Shown piece by piece: positions 11,043 to 27,351 of a stretch of DNA of 64,000 nt. The notes beneath the pieces were generated by a model. It was not told where the DNA came from. It saw only the letters and a program-made list of their open reading frames with translations, and made no database searches. Positions within the stretch are counted from its first letter, which is position 1; every line of letters starts with the position of its first letter. Both the position numbers and the translations under genes were made by a program. The stretch is from Scenedesmus sp. PABB004 (lineage: Eukaryota). Where the stretch lies: contig JABVCE010000033.1 in NCBI GenBank assembly GCA_014905635.1, positions 1 to 64,000 of the forward strand. Direction: 5' to 3'.

Positions 11043-12619
11043 TCAAGCGCGCTCGACCTTGCCCACCGCCGCAGCCGCCGCTGCAGCGGCGGCCTCGGCC
11101 GCGGCGCGCGCCTCCTCCTTCTCGCGCGTCAGGCGCTCGTTCTCGCGCTCCATCGCCGCCAGGCGCGCCTTCATCTCAGCCATCTCGCGCTCACGCGCCG
11201 CCTCGCGCTCGCGCTGCTCCTCAAGCTGCCGCGCCTGCTCGCACTCGCGGCGCCGCTGCTCCTCGAGCTCGCGCCGCAGGCGCTCCTCGCGCGCCACATC
11301 GCGCGCCGCGTCGGCGGCGCGCGCCTGCTCCAGCCGCTCCTGCAGCTCGGCCACCTGCCGCAGGCGCCCCACCAGCTCGCCCTGCTCCGCCAGCCACGCC
11401 TGCGCGTCGGCGGCGCACACGCCCAGCGCGGCGCGAAACGCCAGGAACGGCCGGCGCGGCGCGCCGGCGGCGCCCTTGGTCGCCTTGTGCTCGGCCGCCA
11501 TGCTGAGCAGCATGTCCCGGTCGGCGGCCAGGCCCTCGAGCCACCGCTGCGTGGCAGCCACAAACGCCTCGACGGCGCCGTCCACGCCCTCCGCGCCCTT
11601 GCTCAGCTCGAGCGACAGGCCGGCCAGCGCGCCCGCCGGCAGTGCGCGCGCGAGCGCCAGGCCGGTCTCGAGCTGCGGGCGCGCGGCGTGGCGCGGGGGG
11701 CACAGAGCGGGCCGGTTGCGGCCGGTCGGCGCAAGGGGGCGCGCCGCCGCGTTGGCCGGCCGCGCGCACGCGGCTGCCGCCGCGCAGCCCCCCCCCTCCT
11801 CCCCTCATCTCCCACGCCGCCCCCACATCACGCACCTCGCCCATCGCAGCCGCCACGGCCCCCAGCACTGTCTCGCCGCCGCTGGGGTGTGCCGCGCTGC
11901 TGCCCGCCGCCGCGCCGCGCGCCGAGCCGCTGCTGCCGGCCGCGGCGGGGGCGCGGCGCGCCGCCGCGGCGCGCGTCTGCCTCGTGGCGGCGCCGTCGCC
12001 GCCGCTGTCACCGCCGTCGCCGGCGCCGGCGGCGGCGTCGGCGGCCGTGCCGCCCTGATTGACGGGGATGCCCGCGGCGCGGGCCTGCGGCTGGGGCCCC
12101 GTCGCCGGCGGCTTGCCGGGCGCCTCCGCCCGCACCGGCAGCTCCGGCATGCTCACGCGGCCGCGCTTGCCCGCCGCGGGCGCGGGGTCGTCGCTGGCCG
12201 TGCCGCCGCCGCCTGGCGCCTCCAGCGCGTCGGCGGACAGCCGGCGCTTGGGCGGGCCGCGGCCCACCGTGAGCAAGGGCGCCGCGCCCGCCATGGCCGT
12301 CGCCGCGTCCAGGCTGCTGGCGATGCCCAGGGCCTGCGGCGGCGGCGCGGGCACGCGCGCGCGCCGGCGTGGGCGGGCGGGCGCCGGCCGCGCAGCGCTG
12401 CGCGCGGCGGGGCGCCCGCCCCCGGCTCACCTGCCGCACGGCGGGCAAGTCGATGAAGCCACGCGCCGCGTGCATGTACTGCGCGCAGCGCAGCGGCACC
12501 TGCATCTTGCCGGGCCACCACACGTGCGCGTGGCGCATGCGTTCGTTCGTTGCCAGCGGGCGGTCCTCCTCCACGGCGCGCACGCCCCGCGCCAGCAGCA
12601 TGTCCGCTGCGGCGGCGGC

Positions 12620-12671
<52 letters not shown>

Positions 12672-13443
12672 TCAGCCCACGAAGCGGCGGCGCCCGCCGG
12701 CGCGCGCGCTGTGCGTGGTGCGTCACCCGTGATGTCGGGCCTGCCCGTGGCCGGCGCGATCCACCCGGCCAGGCCCTCCAGCACCTTGTGCTCCTTGCCG
12801 TGCTCCACGGGCACAAAGCCGCCGGGCTGCGGCGAGCGGTCGGCGGGTCGGCGGGCGCGGCGGGCGCGGCGGGCGCGCGGCGGCCGGGGCGGCCGCCGCC
12901 GCGCCCCCTCACCAGGCCCCGCCAGCGGTCCTCGTCGTGCTCGTCGGCGGACTCGGCCTCCTCCCCCGACCCGCTGGCCGCGCGGCTGGCGGGTCGGGGG
13001 AGGCGCGGCGCGCTCTGCAGCCTGGCGCCGGCGCCCAGCAGCTGCGGCAGCCGCGCCGCGTCGTCCGCCACCTGGCGCTTGATGAACCGCAGCACGGCGG
13101 GGCAGTTCTCCACGCTGCCGCCGTGCCCCGGCACCGTGTAGTACCTGCGCCGCGCGCGGCGGGCGCGTCGGCCGCCGACCAGCACCGGGGCACCGCCGCG
13201 GCTGCGTGCGTCCGCCGCTCCCGCCGCCGCTCTCCCGCTCCCGTCGCCGCTCTCGCGTGCGCCCGGCGGTCTCGCGCACGTGTTGGGGTTGTTTGGCCGC
13301 TTCTCCGCGCGGTAGCCGAGCGCCTTGAGGGCGTCGTGGTCGAGCTCGACGCCCAGCTCGCGGCGCAGCGCCGAGGAGAGGCGCGACATTTGGATCTCCA
13401 GCACGTCCGGCGCCGTGCTCTTGCGCGGAACGCCCGTGGCCAT
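11043..13443 (-). CDS. Spliced hypothetical protein with two degenerate MBD-like motifs and a C-terminal coiled coil
   Basis: Exons: MATGVPRKSTAPDVLEIQMSRL...LGYRAEKRPNNPNT|YYTVPGHGGSVENCPAVLRFI, then GVRAVEEDR...YMHAARGFIDLPAVRQ|ALG, then an E/R/A-rich coiled coil ending at TGA 11043. The MBD assignment is by eye only. Confidence 0.7.
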
Positions 13444-13671
13444 CGTGCGGGGATCGGGCAGATCGCAGCGCGCGCGGAGGGCGGCGGACGCTGCCGCTGC
13501 TGCTGCGCGCCGCCGCTGCTGCCGCTGCCACTGCTGACGCGCGCTGCGGTCCCTGGCGTGCGCGTGGAGGGTGGGAGGGGGGGGGCGGCGGCGCGCTGGG
13601 AGCACCTGACGCCCGGGGCGCCGGGGTACAAGGGTGCGCTCGCCGAGACGCCGGCGTCGCGCCGCAGGCCG

Positions 13672-16202
13672 TTACTCTCGCGCTGCGAGGTCCAGCCGCG
13701 CCATAAAGCCGAGCAGGTCCCCCAGCTCGCCCGCCGGCTCCCGCACCACCTCCCCCAGCGCCGGCGCGGCCGCCGGCTCCGGCGCGGGGCGCTGCGCCGC
13801 CGCCGCGGCGGCGCCGGCAGCCTTGGCGTCGCGCCACTCTGCGGCGAGGCGGGCCATGAGCTCCCGGTGGGGCGTGCCCGGCGGCAGGCCCGCCCGCGCC
13901 GCGCCGTAGCGGGCCTTGACAAACTGCGCAAACGCATTGCCCGGCGCGGCGCCGCCACCGCCGGGCGTGCCGGGCGCGCCGCCGCCCACGAGCCGGCCGT
14001 CGCGGCTGCGGCGGCCGCCGCGCGGGGCGGGCGCCGTGAGCGCGCGCAGGCGTGGGCGCAGGTGCAGGCGCGGGCGCGCGCCCGGCGCGCACCTGAAGCG
14101 TCCGAGGAAGAGCAGGCGCCCGCTGCAGCGGCTGCACACGTGCTTGGCGGGGTCGATGCTGCGCTTGTGGCGGTGGTACTGCTTGCCGCAGCTGCGCAGC
14201 GCCCGCGGCGGCGGCGGCGGCGGCGGCGCGCTGTGCTCGGCGGCGCGCGGCGCGCGGCGGCGCAGACCCAAGGCGCACGGCGGCCAGCGCGCGCCGCGCG
14301 GGGGGCGGGGGCCCTGCTCCCACGCGCCGCGCCTGTGGTTGGCGCACTGCCAGCGGAAGGGCGCGTGCACGTCGTACGCGTGGCAGGTGGTGACCTTGAT
14401 GCCCGGCACCGCCGCCTCGAAGCGCGACGCCCACGCCCAGAACGCTGGCCCGTGGTGCTGCCTGAACTCACGGCTGACCGCCCACGCTGCGACGTGGCAC
14501 ATCTCGTGCGCCAGCGTGCTCCGCAGCCGCGCCTCGCTGTCCAGCACCTGCCCGGCGGCCCCGCGAGGCTGGGCGGGCGCGGCGGCACGGGGCCGCCGCG
14601 CCGGGCCCGCGCCCAGCCGCCCCCGCGCCCAGCCGCCCCGAGGTCTCCCCCCCCCCCCCCGCGCGCCGCACCTTGGTGGACAGCTCCAGCCGCACCGGCA
14701 CGCGCTCCGCGGGGTGCGCCTTGGCGGCGTTGGCGCTGCCGTCGTCAACCACCTGCCCCGCTGTGCTCGTGAGGCGCGCGTTCCACACCAGCGGCACGGC
14801 CGGCAGCGCGCCGCCAAACACCTGCGCAGACGGGCGGCCCCGCCGGCGGACGGGCCGCGCGGTCGCACGGGCGCCCCGCCCCGGCCACGCAGGCGCCGAC
14901 GCGCGTGCCCCGCCGCCGCAGCCGCGCGTCGCTGCCCACCTGCGCGTTCCACTGGTCGTACAGGCTCTGCGACAGCTGCACCCGCGCGCGCGCAAACGCG
15001 CGGCTGCTGGGCGCCTTGGCCGGCGCCGTCGCGGCGCCGTCGGGCGCCTGCCGCCGGCCGCCGCGCCCCGCGCCCGCCTCGCCGACGCAGGCCCCGGGCG
15101 TGCCGCCCACGCCGCGGCCGGGCAGCAGGTGCGGCTTGAGCATCGGCGGGCTCAGCGGCGAGGCAAACGGCAGCTGCCGCGCCCCGGGCAGCACGCAGCT
15201 CCACGGCGTGGCGGCGGCGCCCCAGCCGCCGGGCGTGCGGCCGGGCGGCGTGACTGGGACGCCCTGCGGCGAGCCAAAGTCGTACGGGTCGACGGCCGGC
15301 GGCCGCTGCTGCTGCTGCTCCTCGTCCCGATGCTGCCAAGCGCCGAGGGGCTGCGCCAGGCGGCGCCGCCGCCGCGCCACAAGGCTGCTGCCTGGCGTGA
15401 CGCGCCGCGCGCTGCCCGCGGGAGGCGAGCTGCCGCGGCTGGCGGCCCAGCTGCCGGCGTCGCTGCCGTCTTCGCTGGAGCTGCCGGCGCCGCGGCGGTC
15501 GTCGCCGCTCGCGGCGCGCGCCGGCGCTGGCGCGCGCTGCCTGCGCCGCGTGAACGTGAGCGGCTCCTCGTCACCGCCCGAGTCATCGCCGCCACTGTCG
15601 CCGCCCCCGCGCGCCGCAGCAGGGGCTGCCGCGGCCTGCGGCGCAGCGGCCTGCGCCTGGTGGCCGGCGGCGGGGTCGCTCCGCGCCGGTGCGAGGCCCG
15701 GCGGCGCGCCCCCGCTCAAGGGCGAGAGCGCGGCCTGGCTGCCGCTGCCCGGCGCGCTGCCCTTGGCAGCGGTGCGCAGCCAGGGCGTGAAGGGGTCGCC
15801 CACGTCCAGTGCAGCGGCCGGCGCCGCTGCGGGCGTCGCCGGCGAGCCAGCGCCGCCCGCCGCGCCGGGGCTGGCTGCGCCGCTGCCGCGTGCGCCCTGC
15901 GCCGCTGCCACGGGCGACTGCTGATCCTGCTGGTGGTGGTGCTGCTGCTTCTGCTGCTGATGCTGGTGGTGCTGCTCTTGCTGCTGCTGCGCCTGCAGCA
16001 CGCCAGGGCCGGCGGGGGCCGGCGCGGGCGACGGCAGCTGCTGCTTCGGCGGAGTCGATGCCGCCGCGTTTTCTTTGCCGCCATGCCGCCCGTCGTCGTC
16101 AGGGGCGTCAAAGTCGAGCGCCCGGTGCTTGGCTGGCCGCTGGCGCGCCACGGAGCGCGAGAAGGTCAGCAGCACCTCGTCGTCGTCGCTGCTGCTCGCC
16201 AT
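13672..16202 (-). CDS. GCNA: GCNA/ACRC-type SprT metalloprotease (disordered N-terminus, HExxH, zinc ribbon, HMG-box-like C-terminus)
   Basis: VFGGALPAVPLVWNARLTSTAGQ; LELSTK|VLDSEARLRSTLAHEMCHVAAW; HGPAFWAWA; CHAYDVHAPFRWQC..SCGKQYHRHKRSIDPAKHVCSRCSGRL; NAFAQFVKARYG..HRELMARLAAEW. Confidence 0.88.
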
Positions 16203-17208
16203 GGCCGCTGCCGTGTGCGGCTGCGCTGCGGGTCAGCTGCGGCAACCTGCCGGTGCCGATAGGCCGACTGGTCGCCGGGTGAGCAGCTGCTGTTGACAGC
16301 GAGCGACCAGCTGCTTGCGTTTCACGCGTCAACCGCCGCCGCCTCAACCGCCGCCGCCGCAACCGCCGCGCTGCAGCAGTGTCCCCTACCCGGACAAATC
16401 AGGTTCATGAGTGCTGTGGTGCAGCGGCCAGCACCATCCGAGCCGCTCAGTGGGCACTCACGAGCGAGCGAGCGGCGAGAGAAGCCGAGCGAGCGTCAAC
16501 GCCGGGGTTCCACCGCCCCGTGATTGACCTGGGCACACACCGCATAACCGCTCTGACCACACACACACAGCAATGCACGGCGCCGGCAGGACGCAGCAGC
16601 ACGCGCCTGGTCAGACAGAGCCCCATGGGCGCAGCGTGATGCGCCACTAACAAGGTGGTTCGAGTCGGCAGTGCGCACTTTGGAATGCGTGGGCCACCGG
16701 CGCTGCCGGCAGCGGTTGATGACAGAGAGGGCGGCGCCCAACTGAGTGCAGTGCTCTCAACAGGTCTAAGCTCAAGCTGGCCGAGCCCCCGCCGCGTGCG
16801 TTGCGCTCGTGCCGGCAGTGCCCCTTTGCTGGCATCGCCGCGCAGCATGCGCGCGTTTCATTAGCCGCGCGACCGCGCAGGCGCCAGCACTGATATGCAC
16901 CCTGGTGCCGCCCAGCGCCAAAGGCGGCCTGCCGGCCGCGAGTGCCGCGCGGCTGCTGGCATGCCGGCGCGCGGGCACAGCACGCCCGCCAGTCCGCTCG
17001 ACATGCACCCCTGCACGCACGTAGGTGATCGCAGCCTCGCAGCGCTGGCATGCCCCCCCCCCACCCCCCACCTCAGAGATTGTGCCGCTTTTGAGTTTGG
17101 CGGGGTTCCGCCGTTCACACCAAGCACGCACCGATCACACAGGATCAGCACCAGACTGGCCCCATCTGGCCGCATGGTCAACGCCCCCCGCCACATGGTC
17201 AACATGCC

Positions 17209-20770
<3,562 letters not shown>

Positions 20771-21181
20771 CTCTGTCACGACGCCCACACGTGGGCCATT
20801 CTGCGCCGGCTGCTGGCGGGCGGCGGTCCGCCTGCTGCTGCGGGCGGGCGCGACGCACGCCGAGCGGGGCGCGGCCCTGGTGGGAGGTCGACCGGGCGCG
20901 GCGAGCACGACAATGCCGGCGACAGGCGGCGAGCGGCGGCCGGGAGGCCAAACGCGCGCGCTCTGCGAATTAACCAGCCCGCTCGCCGGGCGCAATGCCC
21001 GCGATCCGCCCCGTGCATCGCGCCTTGCGACCGGCGGCCACTCGGCGAGCGCGGGGCAGGACGGGCCCGCGCTGCCAAGGCCTTTGCCCGCGCCTCATCG
21101 CCGGCGCCCGCTGACGTCCAGCGACACCGCCGCCGCCCTCCCCCGCAGCCGCCGCTGCGCCCGCCAGCCTGCGCGGCCGGC

Positions 21182-23633
21182 TCAGAGGCCACCGCCGCCG
21201 GCGTCCCCGGGCGCGCCGGGCGGCTGGCGCGGCTGCTGCAGGAGCACGGCCGCCGCCGGGAGGGCGCGGCGGCCCTTGACGACCACGTCGCCCACGCCCA
21301 TCCAGGCTGCGACCTCGTCCGCCAGGGCGCCCACGGAGTCCGCCCCGCCGCTGGACCCGGCCTGCCGGCGCGGCGCGGGCGCGGCGTCGGTCGCCGCGGC
21401 AGCCCGCGCGGCCGCGGCGCCGCCCGCCACGCGGGCAGCCCCCCCGCCGCCGCCGCCGCCGCCGCCCACCTGGCCGCTGAGCATGCTCGCCATGTCGCTC
21501 ACGCCCTTGCTGAGGTCGCCCAGCGGCCCCGACGCGCCCACACCCATCTGGTTCGCCATGTCCGCTAGCCTGCCTGCGCGCGGGGCGGGGCCCCCCGGCG
21601 ACCGGCGGCGGTGTCAGAGCCGCTGCCACGGCGGCGGCGCACGGCTGCGGGCCCCGACGAGCCGCCCGGCGCGCCCGTGGCGCCGCGCGCGGCCGCCGCA
21701 CCCAGCATCTGCCCGCCCGTCGCGGCGGCCTGGTTGGCAACCTGCTGCAGCTCGGGCGGGAGCTCGCCGAGCACCGTCGCCATCGGCCGCACGTGGCCGC
21801 CGTCGAGCGTGCGCAGGCTGAGGTCGAGCCGCGCGCTCACGGCGGCGCTGGACTGCAGGAGCGCCGCGAGCGCGAGGCTGTCGTCGATGGTGTCGTCCCT
21901 GAACTTGAGCACCAGGTTGCGGGGGACGCCTGCCGGCCACGGCGGGGGCGCGCGCGCGCGGGCGTCACGGGCGGGGCCGCCATGGGCGGGAGAGACGCGC
22001 GCGCGCGCGTCTGCGGCGCGCGGGGCGAGCAGCCTCTTCGCCTCCCCTCTGTCTCCCCGCGCAGCCGGCGCACCGTAGTAGCTTCGCAGCAGCGTCGCGG
22101 CCTCGTCGGGCGTCGGGCTGAACTCCTGGCGCCCCTGGCTGACGTCGAGCATGATGGGTGTCAGCTGGTCCACCAGCGGCAGCAGCTGCTTCACCAGCCC
22201 CGGCGACACGCCGCGCAGCACGTCGTTCACGCTCTCCAGCCCAGACCTGCGGCGGCGCGGGCGCGCGCGGCGCTCGGCGACGGCCCCGTCGCGGCGCGCG
22301 CCGGCGCGGGCGCGGCGCCCCCGCCCCCGCGGCGCGCGCCTGAGCGGCGACGTGGCGAGCTGCTCCAGCAGCGGCCCGAGCGCGCGCGCGGAGGGCGCGA
22401 GGAAGGGTGAGAGGAAGGGAATGGCGTCGGTGGCGGGGCGGTTGTTGTAGCTCATCAGAACGTTGCCCTCCCGCTGCGCGGCCGCACGGCAGGCAGGCGC
22501 GGCGCGGGTGGCGGCGGGCGGGCGGGCGGCGGCGCGGCGGTCGACCGTGGGCGCGCCGCGGGGCGCAGGGCGCGCGCGGCGCGCGGGGCACGGCGCGCGG
22601 GTGCAGGGCCTGGCGCCGCACGTTGACCGCGTATCGCGCGCTGATGATCATGTGCAGCAGCGCGCCCATGCTGTGCCCGACGCCAAACACGGGCAGCGCG
22701 CCGAGCTCGGCCTGCGGCGCGCGGCGCGGTGGGCGCGCGCCGGGCGCAGCGGCGGCGCCGACGCGGGGCGGCGGCGCCGACGCGGGGCGGCGGCGCCGGC
22801 GCGGGGCGCGGGGCGCGGGCGGGCGGCCCGCGCGCAGTGCTGCGTCTGCAGCCGCACCGCGAGCGCGCGCGACGCTCGATCGTACTTGTACTGCACCTCA
22901 TCCGCGCAGCGCAGCTGGTCAAAGCTGGTCGCAAAGGGCGTCGCCACGACCTGCAGGGCCGCCGCGGCGGCGGCCGCTCGCCGGGGCGCGCTGCCAGCGG
23001 CGGCGCGCCGCCAGCGGCGGCGCGGGCGGCGGCGCGCGCCGCACCAGCGCGCCGCGTGCGGCCAGAGCCTCGAGGAAAGGCCGGTAGCTGAGCTGCGGCG
23101 CGGCGCCCACAAACGCGCCTCCGACAAAGTGCACGACCGCCTCGGGGGCCACGCCCGCTGCGCCCCAGGGCGGCGGCGACGGCGCGCGTGTGAGCGGCGC
23201 CGCGTTTGCGGCGGCGGGCCGCCCGGCCGCGCGGGCGCGCGCGCACCCGGCGGCTTGAGCACCCAGCAGCCCTCCACCTCCTGCCAGTCGTCGCCGAGCG
23301 GGCCCTGCCCGAACGAGCGCGCCAGCGCCGCCTCGAGCGACCCAAAGATGCTGCGCGCGGGGGCGCGCGGGGCGGGGGCGCGTGGGCGGCCCACGCGGGG
23401 CAGTTGGCGAGCGCAGCGCGCGCAGCGGAGCGCTCCCCCCACCTGGGCGCCAGCAGCGCGGCCGAGCTCGATCCCGGCCTGCTGCCGCCGCCGGCGCCGG
23501 GCTGCTGCGGCGGGTCGGGCTGCGCGGCCGCGGGCGGCGCCACGACACGTGCGCGCCGCGGCCGCGGGCGCTGTGGCGCCGCCGCCAGTCGGGCTGCGCC
23601 TGCACGTGCACAGCGGCGCGGCGGCGGGCGCAT
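21182..23633 (-). CDS. DUF1350-family alpha/beta-hydrolase-like protein, probably plastid-targeted
   Basis: WQEVEGCWVLKPP, AVVHFVGGAFVGAAPQLSYRPFLEALA, VVATPFATSFD, LPVFGVGHSMGALLH (GHSxG elbow), NVLMSYNNRPA, RNLVLKFRDDTIDDS, TLDGGHVRPM. Confidence 0.88.
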
Positions 23634-24170
23634 CAGGCCCGGCGCCCTGGGAGCACGCAGCGGCACCGCGCATGCATGCGTGAGCGGCGGCAGCGCCCCC
23701 GTCCGCGCGCGCTGGCAGCAGCGCCGGCGCCGCGCCTCTCACCCTGCGGCCCCTGGCCGGCGCGCAGGCGGCACCCCGAGCTGCTGGCGGCCGCCACGGA
23801 GCGCATGGCGGGCGCCCCTGGTGGCGGCGGCGCGGCGAGAGCGGCGGGCGCAGCGCTGCTGCTTGTTAGGGTGCGGTGTGCCGTGGCTGGCGGCGGCAGC
23901 GCTTGATCGCGGCGCTGGAGTGGCTGGGCAAGCGCCCGCACCGACAATTGAGCCCGGCGGCGGCGTGCCGGCGGGACGACGCCCGTGCTGGCGGCGGGGC
24001 TCAGCGAGGGCTCTGCGCCCGTGCCCGGCTTGTGTTCGCGCCGATCGCGGCACAGGCGACGCGCGTACGTGACTCTCACACACGCACAGGCGGCGGGGGC
24101 TGGGCGCGCATCCCGTCGCGCGGCCGGCCGCTGCAGGCGCGGCGCCCAGCCACCTGCGGACGCCGCAGTC

Positions 24171-27067
24171 ATGCGGGCAGGCACGACGCCCATGCACCGG
24201 GCGCCCGCCGTGGCGCGCCCGCTGCGTGCGCGGCTCGCGGCGCGCGTGGCAGCCACTCCCGCCTGCGGTGGCCCCTGGCGGCCTGTGCGCGGGCCTGTGC
24301 GCGCCGCAGCGGGTCCCGTCGCCAGCAGCGCGCCCTGGGACGCCCGTGGCAGCGGCGGCGGCGCCGACGGCGCCGCGCGCGGCGGCGACGGCAGCGCCGA
24401 CGGCAGCGGCGGCCCGGCGTGGGGCCCCGCCGACTACGGCTCCGCTTGGGACGCCGCCCCGGGCTCGCCCTGGCCGGCCAACCCCGACTGGGGCGAGGCG
24501 CAGGTGCCGGGCGACTGGGGCCAGCCCGACGCGGTGCGCGGCGGCGGCGGGGTGCAGCAGCCGCCGCGGCCGGAGCCGCGCGCGGCGGGCGGCTTTGCCG
24601 CGGACGGCGGCGGCTTCGCCGAGGGCCGGGGCACCAATGGCGCAGCGGCGCCGGCGGGCCAGGCCGCGTACGGCGACGCCTTCTACGGCCAGCAGGCGCA
24701 GCAGCAGCCGGGCGCGTGGCCCTTTGCCGACACGGCCTCGCCGGCGCCCGAGGACCGGGCGGCGCAGCAGCCGCCGCACGAGGTCGCCCCGTCTGACATC
24801 ACCCTGATCGGCCGGCGCGACGCGGTGCGGCGCCGGGCCCGCCGCGCGGCCGCGGCCGCGCCCCGCCGCTCGCCCCGCCGCTCACCCCGCCGCTCACCTC
24901 GCCGCTCACCCCCGCCGCCGCAGGACGCGATGCTGCCGCTGTCGCCCTCGAACGACCAGGCGCGCTACTACCAGCCCCGCACGCTGTCCGAGTGAGCACG
25001 CGCGCACGCCGCCGCCCCCTCCGCCGCGGCGGCGCCCGGCCTGCCGCGCGCCGCGCCGCCCACGCGCCCTCCCCCCTCCCTGCCGCCGCCTTGGTCCTCC
25101 GCCGCCCAGGCGCGTCATCCAGGTGCTGGGCTCGTTTGGCGTGAGCGTGGTGCTCAGCAAGAGCGCGGTGCTGGCGGGGCCGGCGCTGCTGTACCCCGTC
25201 TGGGGGCCCTGGATCCGCGCCGGCCTGCGCAACATGCAGGTGGGGCGCGGGCCCTCGCAGGCGGCGCCGCGGCGCGCGCAGCGCCCGGTTGCGCCCGCAG
25301 CGGCGCCCCGGCCTCCCCCTCGCGCCCTCCTCTCGCGCCGACGCGTGCGCGCCGCCGCGCCCCCCGCCCCCTCCCCCTTCCTCCTCTCTGTCGTGCAGCT
25401 GTACCTGCGCCAGTTCCAGTGCGTCGGCCTGTGGCGCGCCGAGGTGCTGGGCGTGGCGCGGCACACCGTGCCCTACGCCTACCGCGCAGCAGACGCCGCG
25501 GGCGACACGCTCACCGTCACGCTCGGCGACCCCTGGCCGGGCGGCGCGCGCACCGAGCTGACCTTCCCGTACCAGCCCGGGTGCGCGGGCGCCCCTCGCG
25601 CACGACCGCCCGCCGCCCGCGCTGCCGCCCGCGCGGCTGCCCGCGCCGCTCAGCCCGGGCGCCGCCGCTCACGTCCGCCCCCCGCGCCTGTCCCGCACCT
25701 CCCCGCACCTCCCTCACCTCCCTCCCTCCCTCCCTCCCGCGCGCGGGGCGTGCAGGTGCGAGGACATCGTGGAGGGCGAGCCCGCGGAGCTGCTCGTGCT
25801 GGGCGCCGACGAGCGGCTGTCGTCGTTCAAGGTCGTGCGTGAGCTGTACCTCCCTCAGAGCGGCATGTGGCTCGCCGAGTATCCCTTCCTCGACCGCGAC
25901 GCCTTCCTCGACGTCTCGCTCGCCATCGAGCGCGGCCGCCAGGCCGGCGGCGGCGGCGGGCCCGGCGGCTGGGTCGAGCTCGGCGCGCGGCACGGCGCAG
26001 GCAGCGCGCCGCCGCCAGCCTACGCGCCGCCGGCGGGCAGCGCGTACGACAGCGGCGCGGCCGCGGCGGCGTGGGGCGCGCCGGCCGGCGGCGGCTACGG
26101 CGGCGGCTACGGCGCCGCAGAGTGGGTCGTGCCGGGCGGCGCTGCAGCCGGCAGCGCGGCGAGCGGCAGCAGTGGGGCCGGCGCCGCAGCGGCGGCGCCG
26201 GCGGGCGCCGCAGCGAGCAGCGCTCTGTACAACAACGGCGACGCGGCGCCCAGCAGCAGCAACGGCGGCGGCGGCGGCGGCGGCGGAGCCAGCAGCAGCG
26301 GCGTTGGTGCCGGCGCCGGCGCCTTCCTGGCAGACCCGGTCGTGAGCGCGGCGAGCGGCCTGGTGGGCGAGCTGAGCGGCGTGGCGAGCCAGGTCACGGG
26401 CGCGGCGAGCAGCGTCGCGTCCGACGTCGCCTCGGGCGTCGCCGCCGGCGTCGCTGCCGGCCTGGGCTGGCTCGGCAGCGGCAGCGCGGCCGCGGCCGGC
26501 GGCGGCGACGGCGGCAGCGACGCGGCGATCATGCCAGACGTCATCATTGACAGCGCGGGCGCCTGGTTGCCCGGCGGCGGCTACGCCGGCTACCCCTACG
26601 GCGGCGGCGGCTACGCGCCAGGGCCCTACGGCGCCGGCGGCTGGCCCGCGGGGCCGGCGCCGCCGGGCGGCGGCGGCGGGCAGTTTGGCGCGCCGTTTGC
26701 CGACACCGGCTTTACGGGCATGTACACGCGCGACGCGGCGGGCGCGGGCGCGGGCCGCTACGCGGGCGCGTACGCGCCGCCGGGGGCCTGGCCGGGGCCG
26801 GCCTTTGGCGGCGGCGGCGGCGCGGCAGGGTGGGGCGGCTACGCGCCGCCGGCGGCGGCGGCCGCCGGCTACCAGCAGCAGCAGCAGTGGCCGCAGCCGG
26901 AGCAGTGGCCGGAGCAGTGGCCGCAGCAGCAGCCGCAGCAGCAGCAGCAGCAGCAGCAGCCGGAGCAGCAGCAGCAGCCGACGCAGTGGCCGCCGGTCGT
27001 GGACGGCGGCGCGTGGACGGCGGCGGGCGGCGCGGCGGGTGCCGGCAGCGGCAGCGGCCTCGCGTGA
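24171..27067 (+). CDS. Conserved cyanobacterial-type plastid membrane protein of unknown function, with Gly/Ala-rich extensions
   Basis: Transit-like N-terminus, then MLPLSPSNDQARYY, YPVWGPWIRAGLRN, GLWRAEVL, TLGD, GEPAELLVLGADERL and LYLPQSGMWLAEYPFLDRDAF, recalling a cyanobacterial/plant conserved family. TGTAA at 27195. Confidence 0.7.
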
Positions 27068-27194
27068 GCCCTGCGGCACGCACAGCCGCAGGGCTTTTGG
27101 CGTGTCCCACCTGTATTCATGTATGTGCTGCCGCGGGGTGAGGTTTTGAGGCCGCCGCGTCCCGCGTTTGCGCCGTGTGCCCTCTCGCGCAGAG

Positions 27195-27199
27195 TGTAA
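27195..27199 (+). promoter_or_regulatory. TGTAA chlorophyte poly(A) signal
   Basis: Located 128 nt after the stop codon of the 24171-27067 gene. Confidence 0.6.
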
Positions 27200-27351
27200 C
27201 CCGGTGCCATCGTGTCCTCCTCCTCCCCAGGAGCCGCCACAGCGCGCGCATCGACGAGGCGCAGACGCGCGCCGTTGACCGGGCTTGCGCCTGCTTCCCC
27301 CTTGCGCCTGCTGCCCCCCCTGCGCCTGCGCAGCGAGACCATCGCTCCATC

